This document shows, in pieces, positions 51,886-64,000 of a DNA stretch of 64,000 bases. The notes under the pieces were generated by a model. The model was given only the letters and a program-made list of their open reading frames with translations, was not told where the DNA came from and ran no database searches. The stretch's first letter is position 1. Each line of letters starts with the position of its first letter. The position numbers and the translations under genes are program-made. This DNA comes from Laetmonice hystrix. Lineage: Eukaryota. The stretch is from contig OZ249436.1 of the NCBI GenBank assembly GCA_965235115.1, positions 2,606,001-2,670,000 on the forward strand, written 5' to 3'.

Positions 51886-54800
51886 AGGTTAGGGCAATGA
51901 TAAGCGAAAAATGGCTACATTTTTGATGCGTCAAATTGAAACTAAGCCTCCCAAAATTATGATTCTTAGGCCAGATGTACGACTGTCAAACGTATAGCTC
52001 TCGTACGTTCGCTACAGATATATGGTTGTGATGTGTACACTTCCCATTTGAGCATGTTCTCCAGATTTTGACATTAGATGCTCCTCGCCTGTACCTTTCA
52101 TTTCCACTACCTCACTGTAGTGTTTGCACCTTTCATTAGGCCAGCCGGTAAGATTTAAGGATTTTCCACTCTACTGGTTGGCCTTCCCCACTGCTTGGCC
52201 CCACAGCATACTGTTTGGCCTCACTGTAGGCCTACTCTTTGGCCTCACTGTAGTGTTCGCTTGGGTGCTAGGCCAGACGGTATACCTTGTAGCCATTCCT
52301 CCCTGTACTGTTTGGTCTTCCTCTACCGTTCTCTTGTATACAAGAGTAGCCAGTAGTATAGGGACGCCTCATGTTTCATGTTTCCATGCCTTTATTGTCC
52401 AGGAGGAAGGCCATCCGTTTCGTCTATCATCTACTCCCATCTAATCTAGGTCCCCCACAGACCATCTGTAAGCGTCCGACAACGTTGTCAGGTCGTCCCA
52501 ATGACTGTTTGCCGTAAAGCTTTAGTTATCAATGGAAAATGACGTTGTACGCCTTTTCTATATCAGATATCCCATCCCCAAGTAACAAACAAACAAAGGA
52601 AGGTTACCGAGATTTTGCAGGCAAGAAACACCAGGGTGCAGCACAACTGCACTGAAGCGGGGGGGGGGCACTCCGACTGCACTGCTACCTTCCGGCTAGC
52701 GGTGGAATCACCACGTACTGGCAGGCACCTGTGGCTCTGAGGCGAGAGACAGGTTAAGGCAATGATTAGCGAAAAATGGCTACATTTTTGATGCGTCAAA
52801 TTGAAACTAAGCCTCCCAAAATTATGATTCTTAGGCCAGATGTACGAATGTCAAACGTATAGGTCTCGTAGGTTCGCTACAGCTATATGGTTGTGATGTG
52901 TACACTTCCCATTTGAGCATGTTCTCCAGATTTTAACATTAGATGCTCCTCGCCTGTACCTTTCATTTCCACTACCTCACTGTAGTGTTTGCACCTTTCA
53001 TTAGGCCAGTCGGTAAGATTTAACGATTTTCCACTCTACTGGTTGGCCTTCCCCACTGCTTGGCCCCACAGCATACTGTTTGGCCTCACTGTAGGCCTAC
53101 TCTTTGGCCTCACTGTAGTGTTCGCTTGGGTGCTAGGCCAGACAGTATACCTTGTAGCCATTCCTCCCTGTACTGTTTGGTCTTCCTCTACCGTTTGCTT
53201 GTATACAAGAGTAGCCAGTAGTATAGGGACGCCTCATGTTTCATGTTTCCATGCCTTTATTGTCCAGGAGGAAGGCCATCCGTTTCGTCTATCAATTACT
53301 CCCATCTAATCTATGTCCCCTACAGACCATCTGTAAGCGTCCGACAATGTTGTCAGGTCGTCCCAATGACTGTTTGCCGTAAGGCTTTAGTTAACAATGA
53401 AAAATGACGTTGTACGCCTTTTCTATATCAGATATCCCATCCCCAAGTAACAAACAAACAAAGGAAGGTTACCGAGATTTTGCAGGCAAGAAACACCAGG
53501 GTGCAGCACAACTGCACTGAAGCGGGGGGGGGGGCACTCCGACTGCACTGCTACCTTCCGGCTAGCGGTGGAATCACCACGTACTGGCAGGCACCTGTGG
53601 CTCTGAGGCGAGAGACAGGTTAGGGCAATGATAAGCGAAAAATGGCTACATTTTTGATGCGTCAAATTGAAACTAAGCCTCCCAAAATTATGATTCTTAG
53701 GCCAGATGTACGACTGTCAAACGTATAGCTCTCGTACGTTCGCTACAGATATATGGTTGTGATGTGTACACTTCCCATTTGAGCATGTTCTCCAGATTTT
53801 GACATTAGATGCTCCTCGCCTGTACCTTTCATTTCCACTACCTCACTGTAGTGTTTGCACCTTTCATTAGGCCAGCCGGTAAGATTTAACGATTTTCCAC
53901 TCTACTGGTTGGCCTTCCCCACTGCTTGGCCCCACAGCATACTGTTTGGCCTCACTGTAGGCCTACTCTTTGGCCTCACTGTAGTGTTCGCTTGGGTGCT
54001 AGGCCAGACGGTATACCTTGTAGCCATTCCTCCCTGTACTGTTTGGTCTTCCTCTACCGTTCTCTTGTATACAAGAGTAGCCAGTAGTATAGGGACGCCT
54101 CATGTTTCATGTTTCCATGCCTTTATTGTCCAGGAGGAAGGCCATCCGTTTCGTCTATCATCTACTCCCATCTAATCTAGGTCCCCCACAGACCATCTGT
54201 AAGCGTCCGACAACGTTGTCAGGTCGTCCCAATGACTGTTTGCCGTAAAGCTTTAGTTAACAATGGAAAATGACGTTGTACGCCTTTTCTATATCAGATA
54301 TCCCATCCCCAAGTAACAAACAAACAAAGGAAGGTTACCGAGATTTTGCAGGCAAGAAACACCAGGGTGCAGCACAACTGCACTGAAGCGGGGGGGGGGG
54401 CACTCCGACTGCACTGCTACCTTCCGGCTAGCGGTGGAATCACCACGTACTGGCAGGCACCTGTGGCTCTGAGGCGAGAGACAGGTTAAGGCAATGATTA
54501 GCGAAAAATGGCTACATTTTTGATGCGTCAAATTGAAACTAAGCCTCCCAAAATTATGATTCTTAGGCCAGATGTACGAATGTCAAACGTATAGGTCTCG
54601 TAGGTTCGCTACAGCTATATGGTTGTGATGTGTACACTTCCCATTTGAGCATGTTCTCCAGATTTTAACATTAGATGCTCCTCGCCTGTACCTTTCATTT
54701 CCACTACCTCACTGTAGTGTTTGCACCTTTCATTAGGCCAGTCGGTAAGATTTAAGGATTTCTCACTCTACTGGTTGGCCTTCCCCACTGCTTGGCCCCA

Positions 54801-57150
54801 CAGTGTACCGTTTGGCCTCACTGTAGGCCTACTCTTTGGCCTCACTGTAGTGTTCGCTTGGGTGCTAGGCCAGACAGTATACTTTGTAGCGATTCCTCCC
54901 TTACTGTTTGGTCTTCCTCTACCGTTTGCTTGTATACAAGAGTAGCCAGTAGTATAGGGACGCCTCATGTTTCATGTTTCCATGCCTTTATTGTCCAGGA
55001 GGAAGGCCATCCGTTTCGTCTATCAATTACTCCCATCTAATCTATGTCCCCTACAGACCATCTGTAAGCGTCCGACAATGTTGTCAGGTCGTCCCAATGA
55101 CTGTTTGCCGTAAGGCTTTAGTTAACAATGGAAAATGACGTTGTACGCCTTTTCTATATCAGATATCCCATCCCCAAGTAACAAACAAACAAAGGAAGGT
55201 TACCGAGATTTTGCAGGCAAGAAACACCAGGGTGCAGCACAACTGCACTGAAGCGGGGGGGGGCACTCCGACTGCACTGCTACCTTCCGGCTAGCGGTGG
55301 AATCACCACGTACTGGCAGGCACCTGTGGCTCTGAGGCGAGAGACAGGTTAGGGCAATGATAAGCGAAAAATGGCTACATTTTTGATGCGTCAAATTGAA
55401 ACTAAGCCTCCCAAAATTATGATTCTTAGGCCAGATGTACGACTGTCAAACGTATAGCTCTCGTACGTTCGCTACAGATATATGGTTGTGATGTGTACAC
55501 TTCCCATTTGAGCATGTTCTCCAGATTTTGACATTAGATGCTCCTCGCCTGTACCTTTCATTTCCACTACCTCACTGTAGTGTTTGCACCTTTCATTAGG
55601 CCAGCCGGTAAGATTTAAGGATTTTCCACTCTACTGGTTGGCCTTCCCCACTGCTTGGCCCCACAGCATACTGTTTGGCCTCACTGTAGGCCTACTCTTT
55701 GGCCTCACTGTAGTGTTCGCTTGGGTGCTAGGCCAGACGGTATACCTTGTAGCCATTCCTCCCTGTACTGTTTGGTCTTCCTCTACCGTTCTCTTGTATA
55801 CAAGAGTAGCCAGTAGTATAGGGACGCCTCATGTTTCATGTTTCCATGCCTTTATTGTCCAGGAGGAAGGCCATCCGTTTCGTCTATCATCTACTCCCAT
55901 CTAATCTAGGTCCCCCACAGACCATCTGTAAGCGTCCGACAACGTTGTCAGGTCGTCCCAATGACTGTTTGCCGTAAAGCTTTAGTTAACAATGGAAAAT
56001 GACGTTGTACGCCTTTTCTATATCAGATATCCCATCCCCAAGTAACAAACAAACAAAGGAAGGTTACCGAGATTTTGCAGGCAAGAAACACCAGGGTGCA
56101 GCACAACTGCACTGAAGCGGGGGGGGGGGCACTCCGACTGCACTGCTACCTTCCGGCTAACGGTGGAATCACCACGTACTGGCAGGCACCTGTGGCTCTG
56201 AGGCGAGAGACAGGTTAAGGCAATGATTAGCGAAAAATGGCTACATTTTTGATGCGTCAAATTGAAACTAAGCCTCCCAAAATTATGATTCTTAGGCCAG
56301 ATGTACGAATGTCAAACGTATAGGTCTCGTAGGTTCGCTACAGCTATATGGTTGTGATGTGTACACTTCCCATTTGAGCATGTTCTCCAGATTTTAACAT
56401 TAGATGCTCCTCGCCTGTACCTTTCATTTCCACTACCTCACTGTAGTGTTTGCACCTTTCATTAGGCCAGTCGGTAAGATTTAACGATTTTCCACTCTAC
56501 TGGTTGGCCTTCCCCACTGCTTGGCCCCACAGCATACTGTTTGGCCTCACTGTAGGCCTACTCTTTGGCCTCACTGTAGTGTTCGCTTGGGTGCTAGGCC
56601 AGACAGTATACCTTGTAGCCATTCCTCCCTGTACTGTTTGGTCTTCCTCTACCGTTTGCTTGTATACAAGAGTAGCCAGTAGTATAGGGACGCCTCATGT
56701 TTCATGTTTCCATGCCTTTATTGTCCAGGAGGAAGGCCATCCGTTTCGTCTATCAATTACTCCCATCTAATCTATGTCCCCTACAGACCATCTGTAAGCG
56801 TCCGACAATGTTGTCAGGTCGTCCCAATGACTGTTTGCCGTAAGGCTTTAGTTAACAATGGAAAATGACGTTGTACGCCTTTTCTATATCAGATGTCCCA
56901 TCCCCAAGTAACAAACAAACAAAGGAAGGTTACCGAGATTTTGCAGGCAAGAAACACCAGGGTGCAGCACAACTGCACTGAAGCGGGGGGGGGCACTCCG
57001 ACTGCACTGCTACCTTCCGGCTAGCGGTGGAATCACCACGTACTGGCAGGCACCTGTGGCTCTGAGGCGAGAGACAGGTTAGGGCAATGATAAGCGAAAA
57101 ATGGCTACATTTTTGATGCGTCAAATTGAAACTAAGCCTCCCAAAATTAT
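51600..57150. repeat. Alternating two-monomer (~1.73-kb) periodicity, resuming at ~60900-63700
   Basis: Units with AAGGCTT/TTAGGG/TATAGCTC/TTTGAC alternate with units carrying AAAGCTT/GATTAGC/GAATGTC/GTAGGTTC. Confidence 0.75.
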
Positions 57151-59719
57151 GATTCTTAGGCCAGATGTACGACTGTCAAACGTATAGGTCTCGTACGTTC
57201 GCTACAGATATATCGTTGTGATGTGTACACTTCGCATTTGGGTATCTTCTCCAGATTTTAACATTAGATGCTCCTCGCCTGTACCTTTCATTTCCTCTAC
57301 CTCACTGTAGTGTTTGCATGGGTACTAGGCCAGCCGGTAAGATTTAAGGATTTTCCACTCTACTGGTTGGCCTTCCCCAATGCTTGGCCCCACAGCATAC
57401 TGTTTGGCCTCACTGTAGGCCTACTCTTTGGCCTCACTGTAGTGTTCGCTTGGGTGCTAGGCCAGACAGTATACCTTGTAGCCATTCCTCCCTGTACTGT
57501 TTGGTCTTCCTCTACCGTTTGCTTGTATACAAGATTAGCCAGTAGTATAGGGACGCCTCATGTTTCATGTTTCCATGCCTTTATTGTCCAGGAGGAAGGC
57601 CATCCGTTTCGTCTATCAATTACTCCCATCTAATCTATGTCCCCTGCAGACCATCTGTAAGCGTCCGACAACGTTGTCAGGTCGTCCCAATGACTGTTTG
57701 CCGGAAAGCTTTAGTTAACAATGGAAAATGACGTTGTACGCCTTTTCTATATCAGAAATCCCATCCCCCAAGTAACAAACAAACAAAGGAAGGTTACCGA
57801 GATTTTGCAGGCAAGAAACACCAGGGTGCAGCACAACTGCACTGAAGCGGAGGGGGGGGGGTCCCCGACTGCACTGCTACCTTGCGGCTAGCGGTGGAAT
57901 CACCACGTACTGGCAGGCACCTGTGGCTCTGAGGCGAGAGACAGGTTAAGGCAATGATAAGCGAAAAATGGCTACATTTTTGATGCGTCAAATTGAAACT
58001 AAGCCTCCCAAAATTATGATTCTTAGGCCAGATGTACGAATGTCAAACGTATAGGTCTCGTACGTTCGCTACAGGTATACGGTTGTGATGTGTACACTTC
58101 GCATTTGAGTATCTTCTCCAGATGTTAACATTAGATGCTCCTCGCCTGTACCTTTCATTTCCACTACCTCACTGTAGTGTTTGCACCTTTCATTAGGCCA
58201 GTCGGTAAGATTTAAGGATTTCTCATTCTACTGGTTGGCCTTCCCCACTGCTTGGCCCCACAGTGTACTGTTTGGCCTCACTGTAGGCCTACTCTTAGGC
58301 CTCACTGTAGTGTTCGCTTTGGTGCTAGGCCAGACAGTATACCTTGTAGCCATTCCTCCCTGTACTGTTTGGTCTTCCTCTACCGTTTGCTTGTATACAA
58401 GAGTAGCCAGTAGTATAGGGACGCCTGATGTTTCATGTTTCCATGCCTTTATTGCCCAGGAGGAAGGCCATCCGTTTCGTCTATCATCTACTCCCATCTA
58501 ATCTATGTCCCCTCCAGACCATCTGTAAGCGTCCGACAACGTTGTCAGGTCGTCCCAATGACTGTTTGCCGTAAAGCTTTAGTTAACAATGGAAAATGAC
58601 GTTGTACGCCTTTTCTATATCAGATATCCCATCCCCAAGTAACAAACAAACAAAGGAAGGTTACCGAGATTTTGCAGGCAAGAAACACCAGGGTGCAGCA
58701 CAACTGCACCGAAGCGGGGGGGGGGTCTCCGACTGCACTGCTACCTTCCGGCTAGCGGTGGAATCACCACGTACTGGCAGGCACCTATCGCTCTGAGGCG
58801 AGAGACAGGTTAAGGCAATGATAAGCGAAAAATGGCTACATTTTTGATGCGTCAAATTGAAACTAAGCGTCCCAAAATTATGATTCTTAGGCCAGATGTA
58901 CGACTGTCAAACGTATAGGTCTCGTACGTTCGCTACAGAGATATGGTTGTGATGTGTACACTTCCCATTTGAGTATCTTCTCCAGATTTTAACATTAGAT
59001 GCTCCTCGCCTGTACCTTTCATTTCCACTACCTCACTGTAGTGTTTGCACCTTTCATTAGGCCAGCCGGTAAGATTTAAGGATTTTCCACTCTACTGGTT
59101 GGCCTTCCCCACTGCTTGGCCCCACAGCATACTGTTTGGCCTCACTGTAGGCCTACTCTTTGGCCTCACTGTAGTGTTCGCTTGGGTGCTAGGCCAGACG
59201 GTATACCTTGTAGCCATTCCTCCCTGTACTGTTTGGTCTTCCTCTACCGTTTGCTTGTATACAAGGGTAGCCAGTAGTATAGGGACGCCTCATGTTTCAT
59301 GTTTCCATGCCTTTATTGTCCAGGACGAAGGCCATCCGTTTCGTCTATCATCTACTCCCATCTAATCTATGTCCCCCACATACCATCTGTAAGCGTCCGA
59401 CAACGTTGTCAGGTCGTCCTAATAACTGTTTGCCGTAAAGCTTTAGTTAACAATGGAAAATGACGTTGTACGCCTTTTCTATATCAGATATCCCATCCCC
59501 AAGTAACAAACAAACAAAGGAAGGTTACCGAGATTTTGCAGGCAAGAAACACCAGGGTGCAGCACAACTGCACCGAAGCGGGGGGGGGGTCTCCGACTGC
59601 ACTGCTACCTTCCGGCTAGCGGTGGAATCACCACGTACTGGCAGGCACCTGTGGCTCTGAGGCGAGAGACAGGTTAAGGCAATGATAAGCGAAAAATGGC
59701 TACATTTTTGATGCGTCAA

Positions 59720-60943
59720 ATTGAAACTAAGCCTCCCAAAATTATTATTCTTAGGCCAGATGTACGACTGTCAAACATATAGGTCTCGTACGTTCGCTAC
59801 AGCTATATGGTTCTGATGTGTACACTTCCCATTTGAGCATGTTCTCCAGATTTTAACATTAGATGCTCCTCGCCTGTACCTTTCATTTCCACTACCTCAC
59901 TGTAGTGTTTGCACCTTTCATTAGGCCAGTCGGTAAGTTTTAAGGATTTCTCACTCTACTGGTTGGCCTTCCCCACTGCTTGGCCCCACAGTGTACTGTT
60001 TGGCCTCACTGTAGGCCTACTCTTAGGCCTTACTGTAGTGTTTGCCGTAAAGCTTTAGTTAACAATGGAAAATGACGTTGTACGCCTTTTCTATATCAGA
60101 TATCCCATCCCCAAGTAACAAACAAACAAAGGAAGGTTACCGAGATTTTGCAGGCAAGAAACACCAGGGTGCAGCACAACTGCACTGAAGAGGGGGGGGG
60201 CACTCCGACTGCACTGCTACCTTCCGGCTAGCGGTGGAATCACCACGTACTGGCAGGCACCTGTGGCTCTGAGGCGAGAGACAGGTTAAGGCAATGATTA
60301 GCGAAAAATGGCTACATTTTTGATGCGTCAAATTGAAACTAAGCCTCCCAAAATTATGATTCTTAGGCCAGATGTACGACTGTCAAACATATAGGTCTCG
60401 TACGTTCGCTACAGCTATATGGTTCTGATGTGTACACTTCCCATTTGAGCATGTTCTCCAGATTTTAACATTAGATGCTCCTCGCCTGTACCTTTCATTT
60501 CCACTACCTCACTGTAGTGTTTGCACCTTTCATTAGGCCAGTCGGTAAGTTTTAAGGATTTCTCACTCTACTGGTTGGCCTTCCCCACTGCTTGGCCCCA
60601 CAGTGTACTGTTTGGCCTCACTGTAGGCCTACTCTTAGGCCTTACTGTAGTGTTTGCCGTAAAGCTTTAGTTAACAATGGAAAATGACGTTGTACGCCTT
60701 TTCTATATCAGATATCCCATCCCCAAGTAACAAACAAACAAAGGAAGGTTACCGAGATTTTGCAGGCAAGAAACACCAGGGTGCAGCACAACTGCACTGA
60801 AGAGGGGGGGGGCACTCCGACTGCACTGCTACCTTCCGGCTAGCGGTGGAATCACCACGTACTGGCAGGCACCTGTGGCTCTGAGGCGAGAGACAGGTTA
60901 AGGCAATGATTAGCGAAAAATGGCTACATTTTTGATGCGTCAA
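59720..60943. repeat. Two adjacent 612-bp short monomers (tandem duplication of the 252-bp deletion variant)
   Basis: Landmarks 59719, 60331 and 60943 are each 612 bp apart. Junctions at ~60039 and ~60651, both followed by the private variant CTGAAGAGGGG. Confidence 0.95.
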
Positions 60944-63900
60944 ATTGAAACTAAGCCTCCCAAAATTATGATTCTTAGGCCAGATGTACGAATGTCAAAC
61001 GTATAGGTCTCGTAGGTTCGCTACAGCTATATGGTTGTGATGTGTACACTTCCCATTTGAGCATGTTCTCCAGATTTTAACATTAGATGCTCCTCGCCTG
61101 TACCTTTCATTTCCACTACCTCACTGTAGTGTTTGCACCTTTCATTAGGCCAGTCGGTAAGATTTAACGATTTTCCACTCTACTGGTTGGCCTTCCCCAC
61201 TGCTTGGCCCCACAGCATACTGTTTGGCCTCACTGTAGGCCTACTCTTTGGCCTCACTGTAGTGTTCGCTTGGGTGCTAGGCCAGACAGTATACCTTGTA
61301 GCCATTCCTCCCTGTACTGTTTGGTCTTCCTCTACCGTTTGCTTGTATACAAGAGTAGCCAGTAGTATAGGGACGCCTCATGTTTCATGTTTCCATGCCT
61401 TTATTGTCCAGGAGGAAGGCCATCCGTTTCGTCTATCAATTACTCCCATCTAATCTATGTCCCCTACAGACCATCTGTAAGCGTCCGACAATGTTGTCAG
61501 GTCGTCCCAATGACTGTTTGCCGTAAGGCTTTAGTTAACAATGGAAAATGACGTTGTACGCCTTTTCTATATCAGATATCCCATCCCCAAGTAACAAACA
61601 AACAAAGGAAGGTTACCGAGATTTTGCAGGCAAGAAACACCAGGGTGCAGCACAACTGCACTGAAGCGGGGGGGGGCACTCCGACTGCACTGCTACCTTC
61701 CGGCTAGCGGTGGAATCACCACGTACTGGCAGGCACCTGTGGCTCTGAGGCGAGAGACAGGTTAGGGCAATGATAAGCGAAAAATGGCTACATTTTTGAT
61801 GCGTCAAATTGAAACTAAGCCTCCCAAAATTATGATTCTTAGGCCAGATGTACGACTGTCAAACGTATAGCTCTCGTACGTTCGCTACAGATATATGGTT
61901 GTGATGTGTACACTTCCCATTTGAGCATGTTCTCCAGATTTTGACATTAGATGCTCCTCGCCTGTACCTTTCATTTCCACTACCTCACTGTAGTGTTTGC
62001 ACCTTTCATTAGGCCAGCCGGTAAGATTTAAGGATTTTCCACTCTACTGGTTGGCCTTCCCCACTGCTTGGCCCCACAGCATACTGTTTGGCCTCACTGT
62101 AGGCCTACTCTTTGGCCTCACTGTAGTGTTCGCTTGGGTGCTAGGCCAGACGGTATACCTTGTAGCCATTCCTCCCTGTACTGTTTGGTCTTCCTCTACC
62201 GTTCTCTTGTATACAAGAGTAGCCAGTAGTATAGGGACGCCTCATGTTTCATGTTTCCATGCCTTTATTGTCCAGGAGGAAGGCCATCCGTTTCGTCTAT
62301 CATCTACTCCCATCTAATCTAGGTCCCCCACAGACCATCTGTAAGCGTCCGACAACGTTGTCAGGTCGTCCCAATGACTGTTTGCCGTAAAGCTTTAGTT
62401 AACAATGGAAAATGACGTTGTACGCCTTTTCTATATCAGATATCCCATCCCCAAGTAACAAACAAACAAAGGAAGGTTACCGAGATTTTGCAGGCAAGAA
62501 ACACCAGGGTGCAGCACAACTGCACTGAAGCGGGGGGGGGCACTCCGACTGCACTGCTACCTTCCGGCTAGCGGTGGAATCACCACGTACTGGCAGGCAC
62601 CTGTGGCTCTGAGGCGAGAGACAGGTTAAGGCAATGATTAGCGAAAAATGGCTACATTTTTGATGCGTCAAATTGAAACTAAGCCTCCCAAAATTATGAT
62701 TCTTAGGCCAGATGTACGAATGTCAAACGTATAGGTCTCGTAGGTTCGCTACAGCTATATGGTTGTGATGTGTACACTTCCCATTTGAGCATGTTCTCCA
62801 GATTTTAACATTAGATGCTCCTCGCCTGTACCTTTCATTTCCACTACCTCACTGTAGTGTTTGCACCTTTCATTAGGCCAGTCGGTAAGATTTAAGGATT
62901 TCTCACTCTACTGGTTGGCCTTCCCCACTGCTTGGCCCCACAGTGTACCGTTTGGCCTCACTGTAGGCCTACTCTTTGGCCTCACTGTAGTGTTCGCTTG
63001 GGTGCTAGGCCAGACAGTATACCTTGTAGCCATTCCTCCCTGTACTGTTTGGTCTTCCTCTACCGTTCTCTTGTATACAAGAGTAGCCAGTAGTATAGGG
63101 ACGCCTCATGTTTCATGTTTCCATGCCTTTATTGTCCAGGAGGAAGGCCATCCGTTTCGTCTATCATCTACTCCCATCTAATCTAGGTCCCCCACAGACC
63201 ATCTGTAAGCGTCCGACAACGTTGTCAGGTCGTCCCAATGACTGTTTGCCGTAAAGCTTTAGTTAACAATGGAAAATGACGTTGTACGCCTTTTCTATAT
63301 CAGATATCCCATCCCCAAGTAACAAACAAACAAAGGAAGGTTACCGAGATTTTGCAGGCAAGAAACACCAGGGTGCAGCACAACTGCACTGAAGCGGGGG
63401 GGGGGCACTCCGACTGCACTGCTACCTTCCGGCTAGCGGTGGAATCACCACGTACTGGCAGGCACCTGTGGCTCTGAGGCGAGAGACAGGTTAAGGCAAT
63501 GATTAGCGAAAAATGGCTACATTTTTGATGCGTCAAATTGAAACTAAGCCTCCCAAAATTATGATTCTTAGGCCAGATGTACGAATGTCAAACGTATAGG
63601 TCTCGTAGGTTCGCTACAGCTATATGGTTGTGATGTGTACACTTCCCATTTGAGCATGTTCTCCAGATTTTAACATTAGATGCTCCTCGCCTGTACCTTT
63701 CATTTCCACTACCTCACTGTAGTGTTTGCACCTTTCATTAGGCCAGCCGGTAAGATTTAAGGATTTTCCACTCTACTGGTTGGCCTTCCCCACTGCTTGG
63801 CCCCACAGCATACTGTTTGGCCTCACTGTAGGCCTACTCTTTGGCCTCACTGTAGTGTTCGCTTGGGTGCTAGGCCAGACGGTATACCTTGTAGCCATTC

Positions 63901-64000
63901 CTCCCTGTACTGTTTGGTCTTCCTCTACCGTTCTCTTGTATACAAGAGTAGCCAGTAGTATAGGGACGCCTCATGTTTCATGTTTCCATGCCTTTATTGT

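Larger units (their letters stand above)
1..64000. repeat. Tandem satellite/macrosatellite array, ~865-bp monomer, ~76 head-to-tail copies, extending past both window edges
   Basis: GTCTATCA recurs at 1 and 866. The landmark minus-strand ORF start recurs at 378, 1244, 1855, 2719, 3583 ... 62671, 63536, mostly 862-869 bp apart. Copies differ only by scattered substitutions, poly-G length and three deletion types. Confidence 0.99.

Overview
The entire 64 kb is one head-to-tail tandem array (satellite/macrosatellite DNA, most likely eukaryotic) of an ~865-bp monomer. There are about 76 copies, all in the same orientation, with no insertions, inversions or unique sequence. I found no credible protein-coding gene, canonical RNA gene, CRISPR array or autonomous mobile element. 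The ORF track only re-reports the same short frames in each monomer, and indels shift those frames freely. The informative structure is the array's history: (i) local higher-order duplications of 12, 5, 4 and 2 monomers, traceable by private variants; (ii) three deletion-derived short monomers (252 bp, ~59 bp and 37 bp removed), two with clear microhomology junctions and one nested on another; (iii) mosaic monomers built from a few variant blocks; (iv) many CpG/TpG polymorphisms; (v) an older internal duplication and a ~24-bp sub-repeat inside the monomer. More speculatively, the minus strand of each monomer has collinear short matches to 5S rRNA and a GNRA-capped hairpin whose variants mostly keep the fold. 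I cannot identify the organism or satellite family from sequence alone, and I see no firm evidence of a novel biological system.
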